Part shown: one piece after another, positions 21,448 through 29,939 of the stretch
How the letters are laid out: each line of letters opens with the position of its first letter
How positions within the stretch are numbered: position 1 is the first letter of the stretch
Assembly: GCA_963755715.1 (NCBI GenBank)
Contig: CAVWLW010000054.1
Coordinates: 128,001-192,000 of the forward strand
Source: an uncultured delta proteobacterium
Lineage (GTDB): Bacteria > Desulfobacterota > Binatia > UBA9968
Length of the DNA: 64,000 nt
Direction: 5' to 3'
Program-made: the position numbers and the translations under genes
Notes under the pieces: generated by a model
The model's input: only the letters and a program-made list of their open reading frames with translations
What the model was told of the DNA's origin: nothing
The model's database searches: none

Positions 21448-22086
21448 TTACCGTTTGGCTCGATATTCGCCAGACATCAGAAAAGCATCAATTGCCATTG
21501 TGAATGGCAGGCCTGAGTTGAGAGCCTCGACCCAAGCGGAAAACCCGCCAGGGTCGGGGTCGCGTTGCAGCAGATCGAAGTACAATAGGGACACATCCAG
21601 TCGGTTCTGGCTCACACTTAGGCTCTGAAACTCCAGCGAGTCCAGAAAGCTTAAAGCCACCTGCGCGCGCGTCATCTGCCCGCTATTCAAAACTCCCACC
21701 CAAGCGTTGAGTCCCCCCATGTCCGCCGAACGCAGCAATACGTTCGCGTACATCCTGTCGACAAACTGCGAGTTCGTTAAATTGCTGCCGAACTTCGCCT
21801 TAAATTCACCCGAGTCTAAAAAAAACTGCACGATCTGTTCCCGCGACATCCCGTCCAGCAATACCTCCAACCAAGCCCGAAAGCCGGCATAGTCAGCATC
21901 CCGAGTTAGAATCCCCAGATAGGTTCGTGCAATGAATTTCCCTTGAAAGTAGAATTCCTCGGAATCCATAAACGTCTCAATCAGGTTCGCTCTCGTAAGC
22001 CCGCCGTTCAGTGCATCGACCCAGCCCGAAAAGCCTCCAGCATCCGGCTCCCGATCGAGAAAATCCAAATACTGCTGACGAACAAA
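21448..22086 (-). repeat. Shared C-terminal DUF4214-like module, copy 3 (639 bp)
   Basis: FVRQQYLDFLDREP...EYRAKR*. Confidence 0.95.
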
Positions 22087-22641
22087 AAAACTATTTGTTG
22101 TGGCTGCACTTAATGCGAAATTCGCGGTGACACTCTTTTGCGAATTCATCGTCAAAGTGCATGAACCAGTCCCGGAGCACGCGCCGGACCAACCCGCAAA
22201 GACGGAACCGGCGGCAGCCGTCGCCGTTAACGTGACATTGGAGTTGCCGGCGAGCTGAACGTTACAATTCACGGTACAGTTAATTCCCGTGGGAGAACTT
22301 GTTATCTGGCCGGCGCCTGCGCCTGCTTTGACCAAACTAAGTGTCGCTTTCGTGAAACCACAGGTTACGCTCGTATAGGGTGAAGCTCCGGCGGAGCTGA
22401 ACGCGTTCACACGGTAGCAAAAGTTTGTCGCCTCCGGTAAATTTGAGTCTACGTAGCTCGTCACATTCTCCCCAACCGCGGCGATTTGGTTAAACGGGCC
22501 CGCGGCGGAAGTTGCTCGCTCGACGTTGAAGCCGGCTTCATTCGTTGAGTTGTCCTGCCATGTAACAGTCAACGAGCTCACCGCATCGGCGGTAGATCCC
22601 CATAGCAAGACAAATAACAGTTGAAGAAAAATACGATTCAT
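21448..22641 (-). CDS. Secreted FN3 + InlB-B-repeat-like + DUF4214-like surface protein
   Basis: Signal peptide; TWQDNSTNEAGFNVER...YRVNAF (FN3); SSPTGINC...VTLTATAAAGSVFAGWSGACSGTGSC (bacterial repeat). Confidence 0.85.
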   Translation of the reverse strand: MNRIFLQLLFVLLWGSTADAVSSLTVTWQDNSTNEAGFNVERATSAAGPFNQIAAVGENVTSYVDSNLPEATNFCYRVNAFSSAGASPYTSVTCGFTKATLSLVKAGAGAGQITSSPTGINCTVNCNVQLAGNSNVTLTATAAAGSVFAGWSGACSGTGSCTLTMNSQKSVTANFALSAATTNSFFVRQQYLDFLDREPDAGGFSGWVDALNGGLTRANLIETFMDSEEFYFQGKFIARTYLGILTRDADYAGFRAWLEVLLDGMSREQIVQFFLDSGEFKAKFGSNLTNSQFVDRMYANVLLRSADMGGLNAWVGVLNSGQMTRAQVALSFLDSLEFQSLSVSQNRLDVSLLYFDLLQRDPDPGGFSAWVEALNSGLPFTMAIDAFLMSGEYRAKR

Positions 22642-22968
22642 TAAAGTTCCCGCCCTCTGACCCGGCGGTTCATTTCTATCCAAGCTCTAGAGAGTCATTC
22701 AAAATACCTCGATGGCAACAAGAAATTCGAATTCCTATATTTGAATCGAATCGGCGCACACGAATGTTAAAAACAAACTGGGCTATTCGCCCATATAGCG
22801 ACATAATCTAGAAAGGCATGCCTCGAAATGAGGCCAGAGAAAAACGCTAATGCAATCCAAAAAATCAGTGGCAGACGCTGCTAAAACCGTGACTCTGCCC
22901 GAGAAAAGAAGCCTTTGGCATAGGATCTCCAACGCTCCCATTGAGACCCTATACCGCATCCAGATTAT

Positions 22969-23055
22969 AACCTCTCTGGAACCGGCTATCAGGCTGTCGG
23001 CCTGACCCGTCGCTTTCGTCCAGCCTCATGACTAGTTTGCTTACCGAGAGAGGTT
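22969..23055 (-). ncRNA. GEMM-I riboswitch aptamer (c-di-GMP-I / c-AMP-GMP class), proximal copy
   Basis: P1 AACCTCTCT/AGAGAGGTT; AAGCAAA-CTAGTC-ATGA-GGCTGG-ACGAAAGC (P2 and junction); GGGTCAGGC...GCCTGATAGCCGG (P3). Recognised by eye. Confidence 0.75.
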
Positions 23056-23078
23056 GAGTACTAAGTGCCGTCGTTTTA

Positions 23079-23095
23079 AGCATCACATATGCCAA
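23079..23095 (-). promoter_or_regulatory. Sigma-54 -24/-12 promoter
   Basis: TTGGCATATGTGATGCT = GG-N10-GC, ~25 bp upstream of the aptamer. Confidence 0.75.
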
Positions 23096-23210
23096 AGCAA
23101 TAGAAGCGATTTTTTGATCCAGCATGGTATTACATTAGCATGCAGTGACATTATTTCGACTTGTATTTACACAATTGATCCCATCCGGAATAGACATTTT
23201 TGTGGAGCAA

Positions 23211-23232
23211 CCTGTCCCAAATTCCGGACAGG
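23211..23232. promoter_or_regulatory. Candidate enhancer (UAS) inverted repeat for a sigma-54 activator
   Basis: CCTGTCC-N8-GGACAGG (TGT-N12-ACA), ~115-135 bp upstream of the -24 element. Confidence 0.55.
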
Positions 23233-23312
23233 TGTCGTGCCTAAAGAATGGTTTTTCCTTCGCCCGTCAGAATCGAACAGAGTTTTAAGCTCATCAAAAA
23301 AACGAAGAACGG

Positions 23313-23851
23313 TCGAATCGGCGCACACGAGTGTTAAAGACAAACTGAGCCTATTGGCCCATATCACGCGACATAATCTAGCAAGGCATGCCTCGAAATG
23401 AGGCGAGAGAAAAACGCTAATGCAATCCAAAAAATCAGTGGCAGATCAGAGCTGCTAAAACCGTGACTCTGCCCGAGAAAAGATACCTTTGGCATAGGAT
23501 CTCCAACGCTCCCGTTGAGACCCTATACCGCATCCACATTACAACCTCTCTGGAGGTATCAGGTTGTCGGCCTGATCGGTCGCTTTGCGTCCAGCCTCAT
23601 GGCTAGTTTGCTTTTACCAAGAGAGGTTGAGTTCTAAGTGCGTCGTTTTAAGTATCACATATGCCAAAGCAATAGAAGCGATTTTTTGATCCAGCATGGT
23701 ATTAAATTAGCATGCAGTGACTTATTTCGACTTGTATTTATACAATTGATCCCATCCTGAATAGAATTTTTGTAAGCAACCTGTCCCAAATTCTGGAACA
23801 GGTGTCGTGCCTAAAGAATGGTTTTTCCTTCGCACGTCAGAATCGAAACAG
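23313..23851. repeat. Tandem direct repeat unit 2 (~540 bp)
   Basis: Copy of 22746-23280 with scattered substitutions and indels; ~32-bp spacer between units. Confidence 0.95.
23543..23628 (-). ncRNA. GEMM-I riboswitch aptamer, distal degenerate copy
   Basis: AAAAGCAAACTAGCC-ATGA-GGCTGGACGCAAAGC with intact P1, but the 3' side of P3 (AGCCGG) is lost. Confidence 0.6.
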
Positions 23852-24180
23852 GGTTATGCCCGCGCTTAATCATCGCAAAACGGCTGTTATCTTGTCCGTG
23901 ACAAACCACGGGATTTGATTTTTGGTAAATCGCACCAAAGACCAGTTTCTTCTTCGAGTTCGCGCAAAGCTGCACTCTCCCCTCCTTAACAAAATCGCGT
24001 GGAATCCCCAGGAGTAGCCTTGGATGGCGTGCCGATATGCCAAAATTAAACCGATTTTTTTATCTCAGAGGGGAAGCCCACCGCGACACCTGTCACAAGA
24101 TTGAACCTGACTTACTTGGGAGCCACCACAAGGCAATCTGAAACAGAGACTGGTCTTTCGATTTAAAAACGAGGAACCGA

Positions 24181-25752
24181 CTATTTTCGCAAGCAAGCGA
24201 CGTTACGCAGAGGAATCAATAACCAGCGATACCGAAGGGCCGAGCCGGTAGCGTACTTCCTCTCAAGCCGATGGGACACCATTTCCTTCATTTCCCGTGC
24301 TGTCTGAACTCCAAACTTCAGAGCGCTCATTTCCAGATATCCGGGATTATTAAAATAAACCTGAAACGCATGATCTCGGAAGCGAAGCACTTCCACCCCC
24401 GGCAGGTGTTTCGTTGGTAGAGGTAAAGTATCAACAGCATGTTGGGAGTAGCCGGACCATTTTTCCGGCAGCGGCCAGCCCTCTTTTAGCGCAAGACTAT
24501 AAAGGTGCGAACCCGGATAGGCCATGGCAGAATAGAAGTTCGCAAACTCGCAGTTCAAATCCAGGGCGAGATCCAGCGTTGCCTGCATGCTTTCCAGATT
24601 GTCCTCAGGCAATCCGAAAATATAATTGGCGATAACGTTGATTCCGGCGGCCCGAACCTTCTCAAGGGTTCGGAAAATCTCTTCTTGTCCAAACCCCTTG
24701 TCGACATCATCGCGCACGCGCTCACTGGCGGCCTCGATACCGAAGGCAAGCCAATTAAAGCCCGCGCGTTTGAGCTTGTCCAACATTTCTTCTTTCACCG
24801 TGTCCACTCGGGCGTAAGCCCAGATATTTAAGTCATAGCCGCGGTCAATGATGGCGTCGCAGATGCCGAGCACATGGCGCGGATTCAAGACAAACATCTC
24901 GTCGGCGATCTTGATGTTTCGCACGCCATACTCTTCGACCAGTTTATCTATTTGCCCAATGACAGCCTGTGGACTCCAGAATCGATAGCTGTTTACGCTT
25001 TCCTTCCAGCCCGCTACTTTTTCGCCACTTTTAAAGGGCGCTTGAATGCAGCAAAAACTGCAGTGATAGGGGCACCCAAAGGTTGTATAGAGCGACGCGT
25101 AAGGTTGGCGCTCAAGATCGCCGAAACAGTGCCAGTTATGCGCGCGATATTTTTTCATCGGCAAAAGATCCCACGCCATCTCCGGCATTTCATGATCCAG
25201 ATCCTTAACCAGTGGTGCCGCCGGGCTCGATCGAACCGCGCCGTCTTCTGTGTAGCAAAGGCCCCGGACTTTAGAATAATCAGCTCGACCAGATTTAAGA
25301 GCTTCCAAAAGCTCAAGAACAGTATATGGGCCCTCGCCGGAGCAGACAAAATCGGCAGCCTCTTCTTGCAACGTGCGCTCCGGCAGCGCTGCGACATGCC
25401 CGCCGACCATAAGCACCTTTCGCTCAGGGTTCATTTGCTTGAGCGCCGCGCAAATCGCACCTGCGGCGGTCATGTTTTGTGTTGAAGCTGACGGCTGATG
25501 GCCGTAAACGACGACTGCAGCCAGAAGCGGATTCATCTCAGCCACTCGCGTCGCTGTTGCTTCCGGGCTCAAGTCATCACCTTCCGCATCCAGCACAGCA
25601 ACGGAAAACCCGCGCCGGCGCACAAAGGTAGCCATCAAACTCGCCCAAACGGGAGGTTCAATGGCCGAGAGCGACGAACCCAACGACTGATAAATCTGCG
25701 TTCGGCTTCCGGGATGGATCAGCACCAAGTCTAGGTCGCGCTTAGAGTCCAT
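24181..25752 (-). CDS. Cobalamin-dependent radical SAM protein (class B methyltransferase-like)
   Basis: N-terminal B12-binding-like region (EPPVWA, GGHVAALP, GEGPYT), CPYHCSFC, IADEMF, FGIEAAS. Confidence 0.9.
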   Translation of the reverse strand: MDSKRDLDLVLIHPGSRTQIYQSLGSSLSAIEPPVWASLMATFVRRRGFSVAVLDAEGDDLSPEATATRVAEMNPLLAAVVVYGHQPSASTQNMTAAGAICAALKQMNPERKVLMVGGHVAALPERTLQEEAADFVCSGEGPYTVLELLEALKSGRADYSKVRGLCYTEDGAVRSSPAAPLVKDLDHEMPEMAWDLLPMKKYRAHNWHCFGDLERQPYASLYTTFGCPYHCSFCCIQAPFKSGEKVAGWKESVNSYRFWSPQAVIGQIDKLVEEYGVRNIKIADEMFVLNPRHVLGICDAIIDRGYDLNIWAYARVDTVKEEMLDKLKRAGFNWLAFGIEAASERVRDDVDKGFGQEEIFRTLEKVRAAGINVIANYIFGLPEDNLESMQATLDLALDLNCEFANFYSAMAYPGSHLYSLALKEGWPLPEKWSGYSQHAVDTLPLPTKHLPGVEVLRFRDHAFQVYFNNPGYLEMSALKFGVQTAREMKEMVSHRLERKYATGSALRYRWLLIPLRNVACLRK

Positions 25753-26956
25753 GAGATCTTTCGTTGCCGGAAAGATTATTTAAGATGCTACAAAGCCGCA
25801 AAATTTTTTCGCGTTCCAGCCCCGGATAGTTGCCAATATAAAAGCCGTAAAAATGAATATGGTTCACAGCCGGATATTTCTCAAATTCTGTCTCACCCAT
25901 GATTTTTTTTAGATACGGCTGTCGGAGCTGGTTGCCTCCCCCGGACGTACCGCGGCGAAATTCAACTCCATGTTGACTCAGAGTCTGCATTACGTTATCG
26001 CACAAGACTGGATCAGCACACTTGAGCACCAACGTAAAGGCGTAGTTGCAGCTTCCCTCAACGGCAAAGTCAGTCTGGTATTTTTCCGAGTCCAAATTTT
26101 TGAGAAACAGACGGAGATTTTCCGTCCTTAATTCATTGTTTTCGTCTAGTCGCTTTAATTGCGAGCGTCCGATCACTGCGCTGATTTCGGTGCTTCGCAT
26201 ATTGTAGCCGGGAAACGCAAAGATAAAATACGGATTGAGGTCCGGGTGCTTCTCTGAGTAGGTTTGGCGGAGTTCTGGTGATTTGGACTCGCGCACCATG
26301 CCGTGAGACCGCAGCATGCGCAGTGTTTCATAGAGTATTTGGTCATTGGTGCATATCATTCCGCCTTCGACCGTGCTCATGTGATGGGCATAATAGAAGG
26401 AAAAATTTGACATCAGTCCGAAAGTCCCGAGCTTTCGTCCCTCAAAAGTAGCGCCGTGCGACTCGCAAGCATCTTCGATCAGGGGCACCTGGCGAGCTTG
26501 GAGTTCCGCTATCAAGTGCGCGTCCAACGCATTATATCCAAGGATATGCGTAAGGAAGACCGCTTTCGTTCGTGGCGTGATTTTATTGAGCACCTGAAGA
26601 GGGTCCATCCCGAGGGTCCGTGGATTGATATCGACGAAGACGGGCTTGAAGCCGCACTGAATTACAGATGCAATGTCGGACACCCAGGTGAGCGTGGGAA
26701 CAATCACTTCGCCCAAACCATAAACTTCTCGAAGTGCTGTGATCGTTAATAGGTTCGCTGATGATCCTGAATTCACGAGGACACTGAAATCGACCCCAAG
26801 CCAACGGGACCATTCCTGCTCAAATGCTTCAACTTGACTCGACTGAGTTAGAATTGGCACCTCGGTTTGGAGGAAATCGATTACCGCCTGAGCGTCGCAT
26901 GGCAGGATGTTATTGCGCATCAGAGGCCAATCTAAATTTTCTTTTGCGCACTTCAT
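25742..26956 (-). CDS. DegT/DnrJ-family PLP enzyme, ColD-type NDP-4-keto-6-deoxysugar 3-dehydratase
   Basis: VNSGSSANLL, EDACESHGA, FSFYYAHHMSTVEGG with His at the position of the usual catalytic Lys. Confidence 0.8.
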   Translation of the reverse strand: MKCAKENLDWPLMRNNILPCDAQAVIDFLQTEVPILTQSSQVEAFEQEWSRWLGVDFSVLVNSGSSANLLTITALREVYGLGEVIVPTLTWVSDIASVIQCGFKPVFVDINPRTLGMDPLQVLNKITPRTKAVFLTHILGYNALDAHLIAELQARQVPLIEDACESHGATFEGRKLGTFGLMSNFSFYYAHHMSTVEGGMICTNDQILYETLRMLRSHGMVRESKSPELRQTYSEKHPDLNPYFIFAFPGYNMRSTEISAVIGRSQLKRLDENNELRTENLRLFLKNLDSEKYQTDFAVEGSCNYAFTLVLKCADPVLCDNVMQTLSQHGVEFRRGTSGGGNQLRQPYLKKIMGETEFEKYPAVNHIHFYGFYIGNYPGLEREKILRLCSILNNLSGNERSHGL

Positions 26957-26960
26957 GGGA

Positions 26961-28007
26961 TTAAAAAGGACCCCTAAACTGAATCTCTTGCAATTCCAAC
27001 TTTTCTTCCGGGAGCCAACCCTTCTCGTCGCCCGTGACAAGATCATAAACAGCCGCGGCAATCGTCCTCGAGTTGGGATAATAGAGATTCTCCAATGGTG
27101 GGGTCGGTGGACAAGTCACCGGTGCAAACCCCATTCGTCGAACGAGCACCGGCCTGATTCCTTGGAGCCGTTCGACGACGAGTGCGATGATTTCCGCACT
27201 GGCTCCGCAAGTAACCCAGTCATTATCGACGACGCATAATCGGCCAGTTTTTCGTACTGATTCGACTATCGTGTCAATATCCAGCGGACTTAACCAGATC
27301 GGATCAATCACCTCGGCTTGAATGTCGGCGGACTCCAGATAACTGCGCGCGCGCAGGCATTCAAGCTGCATGTGAGAAATCCCGACCAGCGTTACATCCG
27401 ATCCCGGCGCAGTGATGCGCGCTTTGCCGGGAGCAACGGTGTAGAGAGACTCCGGCACGGGGCCTTTTTGAAAATGTAAAATACGGTGTTCGACGTACAT
27501 CACGGGGTCGTTGTCGCGAATAGCTTGAACGAGACACCCTTTGGCATCGTACGGCGTCGTCGGCGCAACTACTTTTAATCCCGGCACATGCATAAAAAAA
27601 GAGTAAAGCCCCTGGGAATGCTGCGCGCCCTGGCCCCAACTTTTGCCGATCATCGAGCGAACCACCATCGGCACCTGCACCTGACCGCCGTACATATAGC
27701 GACTCTTGGCCGCGATGTTGATCAACTGGTTCATCGCCAGCATGAGAAAATCCATACGGATATGCACGTGGACCGGACGCAATCCGGCCAGAGCCGCGCC
27801 GATGGCCACACCCGTCATCGCATCCTCGGATAGCGGCGTACCGAAGACGCGCTCCGACCCGTATTTTTCCAACAGTCCGCGCGTCGTACCTTGAATCGCC
27901 TTGGGATCGTCCACGTCGAGACCAAATACGATGACCGACGGATCTCGGGCCATTTCCTGGTCGGTCGCTTCCCGGACCGCTTCGACGTAGGAGAGCTCGC
28001 GCTTCAT
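26961..28007 (-). CDS. TPP-dependent 2-oxoacid dehydrogenase E1 beta-like subunit
   Basis: TPLSEDAMTG, GLRPV, WGQGAQHSQ, PGLKVVAP. Confidence 0.9.
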   Translation of the reverse strand: MKRELSYVEAVREATDQEMARDPSVIVFGLDVDDPKAIQGTTRGLLEKYGSERVFGTPLSEDAMTGVAIGAALAGLRPVHVHIRMDFLMLAMNQLINIAAKSRYMYGGQVQVPMVVRSMIGKSWGQGAQHSQGLYSFFMHVPGLKVVAPTTPYDAKGCLVQAIRDNDPVMYVEHRILHFQKGPVPESLYTVAPGKARITAPGSDVTLVGISHMQLECLRARSYLESADIQAEVIDPIWLSPLDIDTIVESVRKTGRLCVVDNDWVTCGASAEIIALVVERLQGIRPVLVRRMGFAPVTCPPTPPLENLYYPNSRTIAAAVYDLVTGDEKGWLPEEKLELQEIQFRGPF

Positions 28008-28013
28008 ATACTC

Positions 28014-28954
28014 TCAGGCTTCAAAAACATCCGTATAGAGCTCGGCGGCTTGCGGAAACGGGCTGCGCTCGGCGAAAGCAAACGCGTCGCGTATCTCGGT
28101 TTCAACGGCCGCCTCAATTTCGCGCCGCCGTTGCGGGTCAAGGCGATCACCGAGCTGCTTAATCGGATCGGCTTTGATCCACGGTTCGGCCTCTTCGCGG
28201 CTGCGGTATCCGAGTTGGAAATCGTCGTTAGGGTCCGACGTGCTCCTTCAATCGGTAGGTTAGGCACTCAAAAAAGAATGGCCCGGGCTGCCCCGAACGA
28301 AGCCTGCCCAACCGCTTCATTCACTCTTTCATAGATGCGCACCACGTCGTTGTCCGGGATCTGTTCCGCAGGCATGCCATGGATGCGCGCTCGTTCGCAT
28401 ATATTATTGAGCTTTTGTCGCTGCAGTTGGTGGGTATGAATGGCGTATAAATTGTTCTCGCAAACAAAAATAATAGGAAGAGACTTGAGTGCAGCAAAGT
28501 TCAGACTTTCATGAAAGACGCCCTCATCGACGGCGCCGTCGCCAAAAACACTCACCACAACGGAATCTTTGCGTTGCAATTTTAGCGCATAAGCAAAGCC
28601 GACCGCCTGAGGGATGGTCGTGCCTACAACTGCGGATGCGCCCATCACTCGAGCCGCCACGTCGATCAAATGCATCGATCCGCCCTTGCCCTTGGCGCAA
28701 CCATCGAGCTTGCCGTAAAGCTCGGCGATCATTTTTTGGAGGTCACCGCCCTTGGCCAAATACAAAGCGTGACTTCTGTAAGTTCCAAAAACGACATCGT
28801 CGCGACCAAGCGCCTCGCAGACACCGACCGACACAGCCTCCTGCCCTATGGACAGATGAACGGGACTCTTGATCTTGTCCGTCGGATAAACCGCGGCGAT
28901 TTCCTCTTCGACCCGCCGGATCCGATACAGAGCTCTATAAAATCGCTCGATCAT
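28014..28954 (-). CDS. TPP-dependent E1 alpha-like subunit (two +1 frameshifts ~28305 and ~28232)
   Basis: HLSIGQEA, KGKGGSMHL, FGDGAVDEG...ENN (TPP motif); repaired C-terminus TYRLKEHVGP...AERSPFP. Confidence 0.85.
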
Positions 28955-29897
28955 CCGCTTTCCCTTTAGCATCGCCGCAGTGTTTTAGAAACCAATCATA
29001 CGTCAGCATCAGTGCTGTGCGAATAGAGGTACGCGGTTTCCAACCCATCTGCGCCAAACAGCTGGAATCCAGAAGCTTTGCCGGCATGCCGTCCGGTTTG
29101 CTTTGATCGAAGGTCAATTCGCCGGTGTAGCCTACGACGTCGCGGATCATCTCGGCGATCTCTTTAATGGACCAATCGCATCCCACACCAATGTTGATCG
29201 GCTCTTCGCCGTCGTAAACATCCATCAGAAATAAACATGCACGAGCGAGATCTTGAGAGAAGATAAATTCGCGCCGCGGCAGCCCGCTACCCCAAATTTC
29301 CACATGGGCATCGCCGCGGGTCTTTGCCTCGTGCATTCGGCGCATCAGAGCTCCGATCACGTGCGAGTCCTCAGGACTGAAATCGTCGCCCGGGCCAAAG
29401 ACGTTGGCAGGAATCGCGGTAATCATCTGCTTACCGAATTGCTGGCGGTAGGCTCGGCACAGAAAAAGGCCGGCGAGTTTGGCGACCGCGTAGGGTTCAT
29501 TCGTCGGCTCCAATTTACCGGTAGTCAGATACTCGACTTTCATCGGTTGCTCGGAAAACTTCGGGTAAATGCAGGAGCTGGCAAGATAGAGCAACTTTTG
29601 AACACCGTGGCGGTGAGCGCTGTCAAGCACGTGACAATTCACCAACAAATTGTCACGCATTAAATCCGCCGGATAGCGCCGATTGGCCGCGATGCCACCC
29701 GTCCTCCCTCCGATGAGAAACACATAACCGGGGAGGTTACGAGCAAAATACTCATCGACTTCGGCAGCATCGGCAATTTTTGGGCTGTCTTGCTCACCGA
29801 AAAGGTACTCGTAACCCGCTCGTTTGAGCTCGGCAAAAATTTCTCGTCCTACGAGGCCATCGTTGTCAGCCACGTAGATTCTTGCGCTCTTATCCAT
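28935..29897 (-). CDS. fcl: GDP-L-fucose synthase / ColC-like epimerase-reductase
   Basis: GGIAAN, LASSCIYPK, LEPTNEPYAVAK, WGSGLPRREF, KPDGMPAK. Confidence 0.85.
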   Translation of the reverse strand: MDKSARIYVADNDGLVGREIFAELKRAGYEYLFGEQDSPKIADAAEVDEYFARNLPGYVFLIGGRTGGIAANRRYPADLMRDNLLVNCHVLDSAHRHGVQKLLYLASSCIYPKFSEQPMKVEYLTTGKLEPTNEPYAVAKLAGLFLCRAYRQQFGKQMITAIPANVFGPGDDFSPEDSHVIGALMRRMHEAKTRGDAHVEIWGSGLPRREFIFSQDLARACLFLMDVYDGEEPINIGVGCDWSIKEIAEMIRDVVGYTGELTFDQSKPDGMPAKLLDSSCLAQMGWKPRTSIRTALMLTYDWFLKHCGDAKGKADDRAIL

Positions 29898-29939
29898 GCT
29901 ATGGAGCGAACAAACGGAAACCCAACCGCGATTATTTTT

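Larger units (their letters stand above)
22746..23280. repeat. Tandem direct repeat unit 1 (~535 bp, regulatory leader)
   Basis: Begins TCGAATCGGCGCACACG and aligns along its whole length with 23313-23851. Confidence 0.95.

Noticed and set aside
16980-22086. Diversity-generating retroelement template/variable repeats
   Set aside because: All three copies are coding gene ends, differences are not obviously adenine-specific, and there is no reverse transcriptase in the window.
23054-23430. ORFs 23054-23401 (+) and 23167-23430 (-)
   Set aside because: They straddle the repeat junction, frames are not preserved in the other copy, and no motifs are present.
22746-23851. CRISPR array or MITE pair
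   Set aside because: Only two long units; no short repeat-spacer periodicity, no terminal inverted repeats and no cas genes.
26961-28954. Central-metabolism pyruvate dehydrogenase
   Set aside because: No E2/E3 genes nearby, and the pair is embedded among sugar-nucleotide enzymes.
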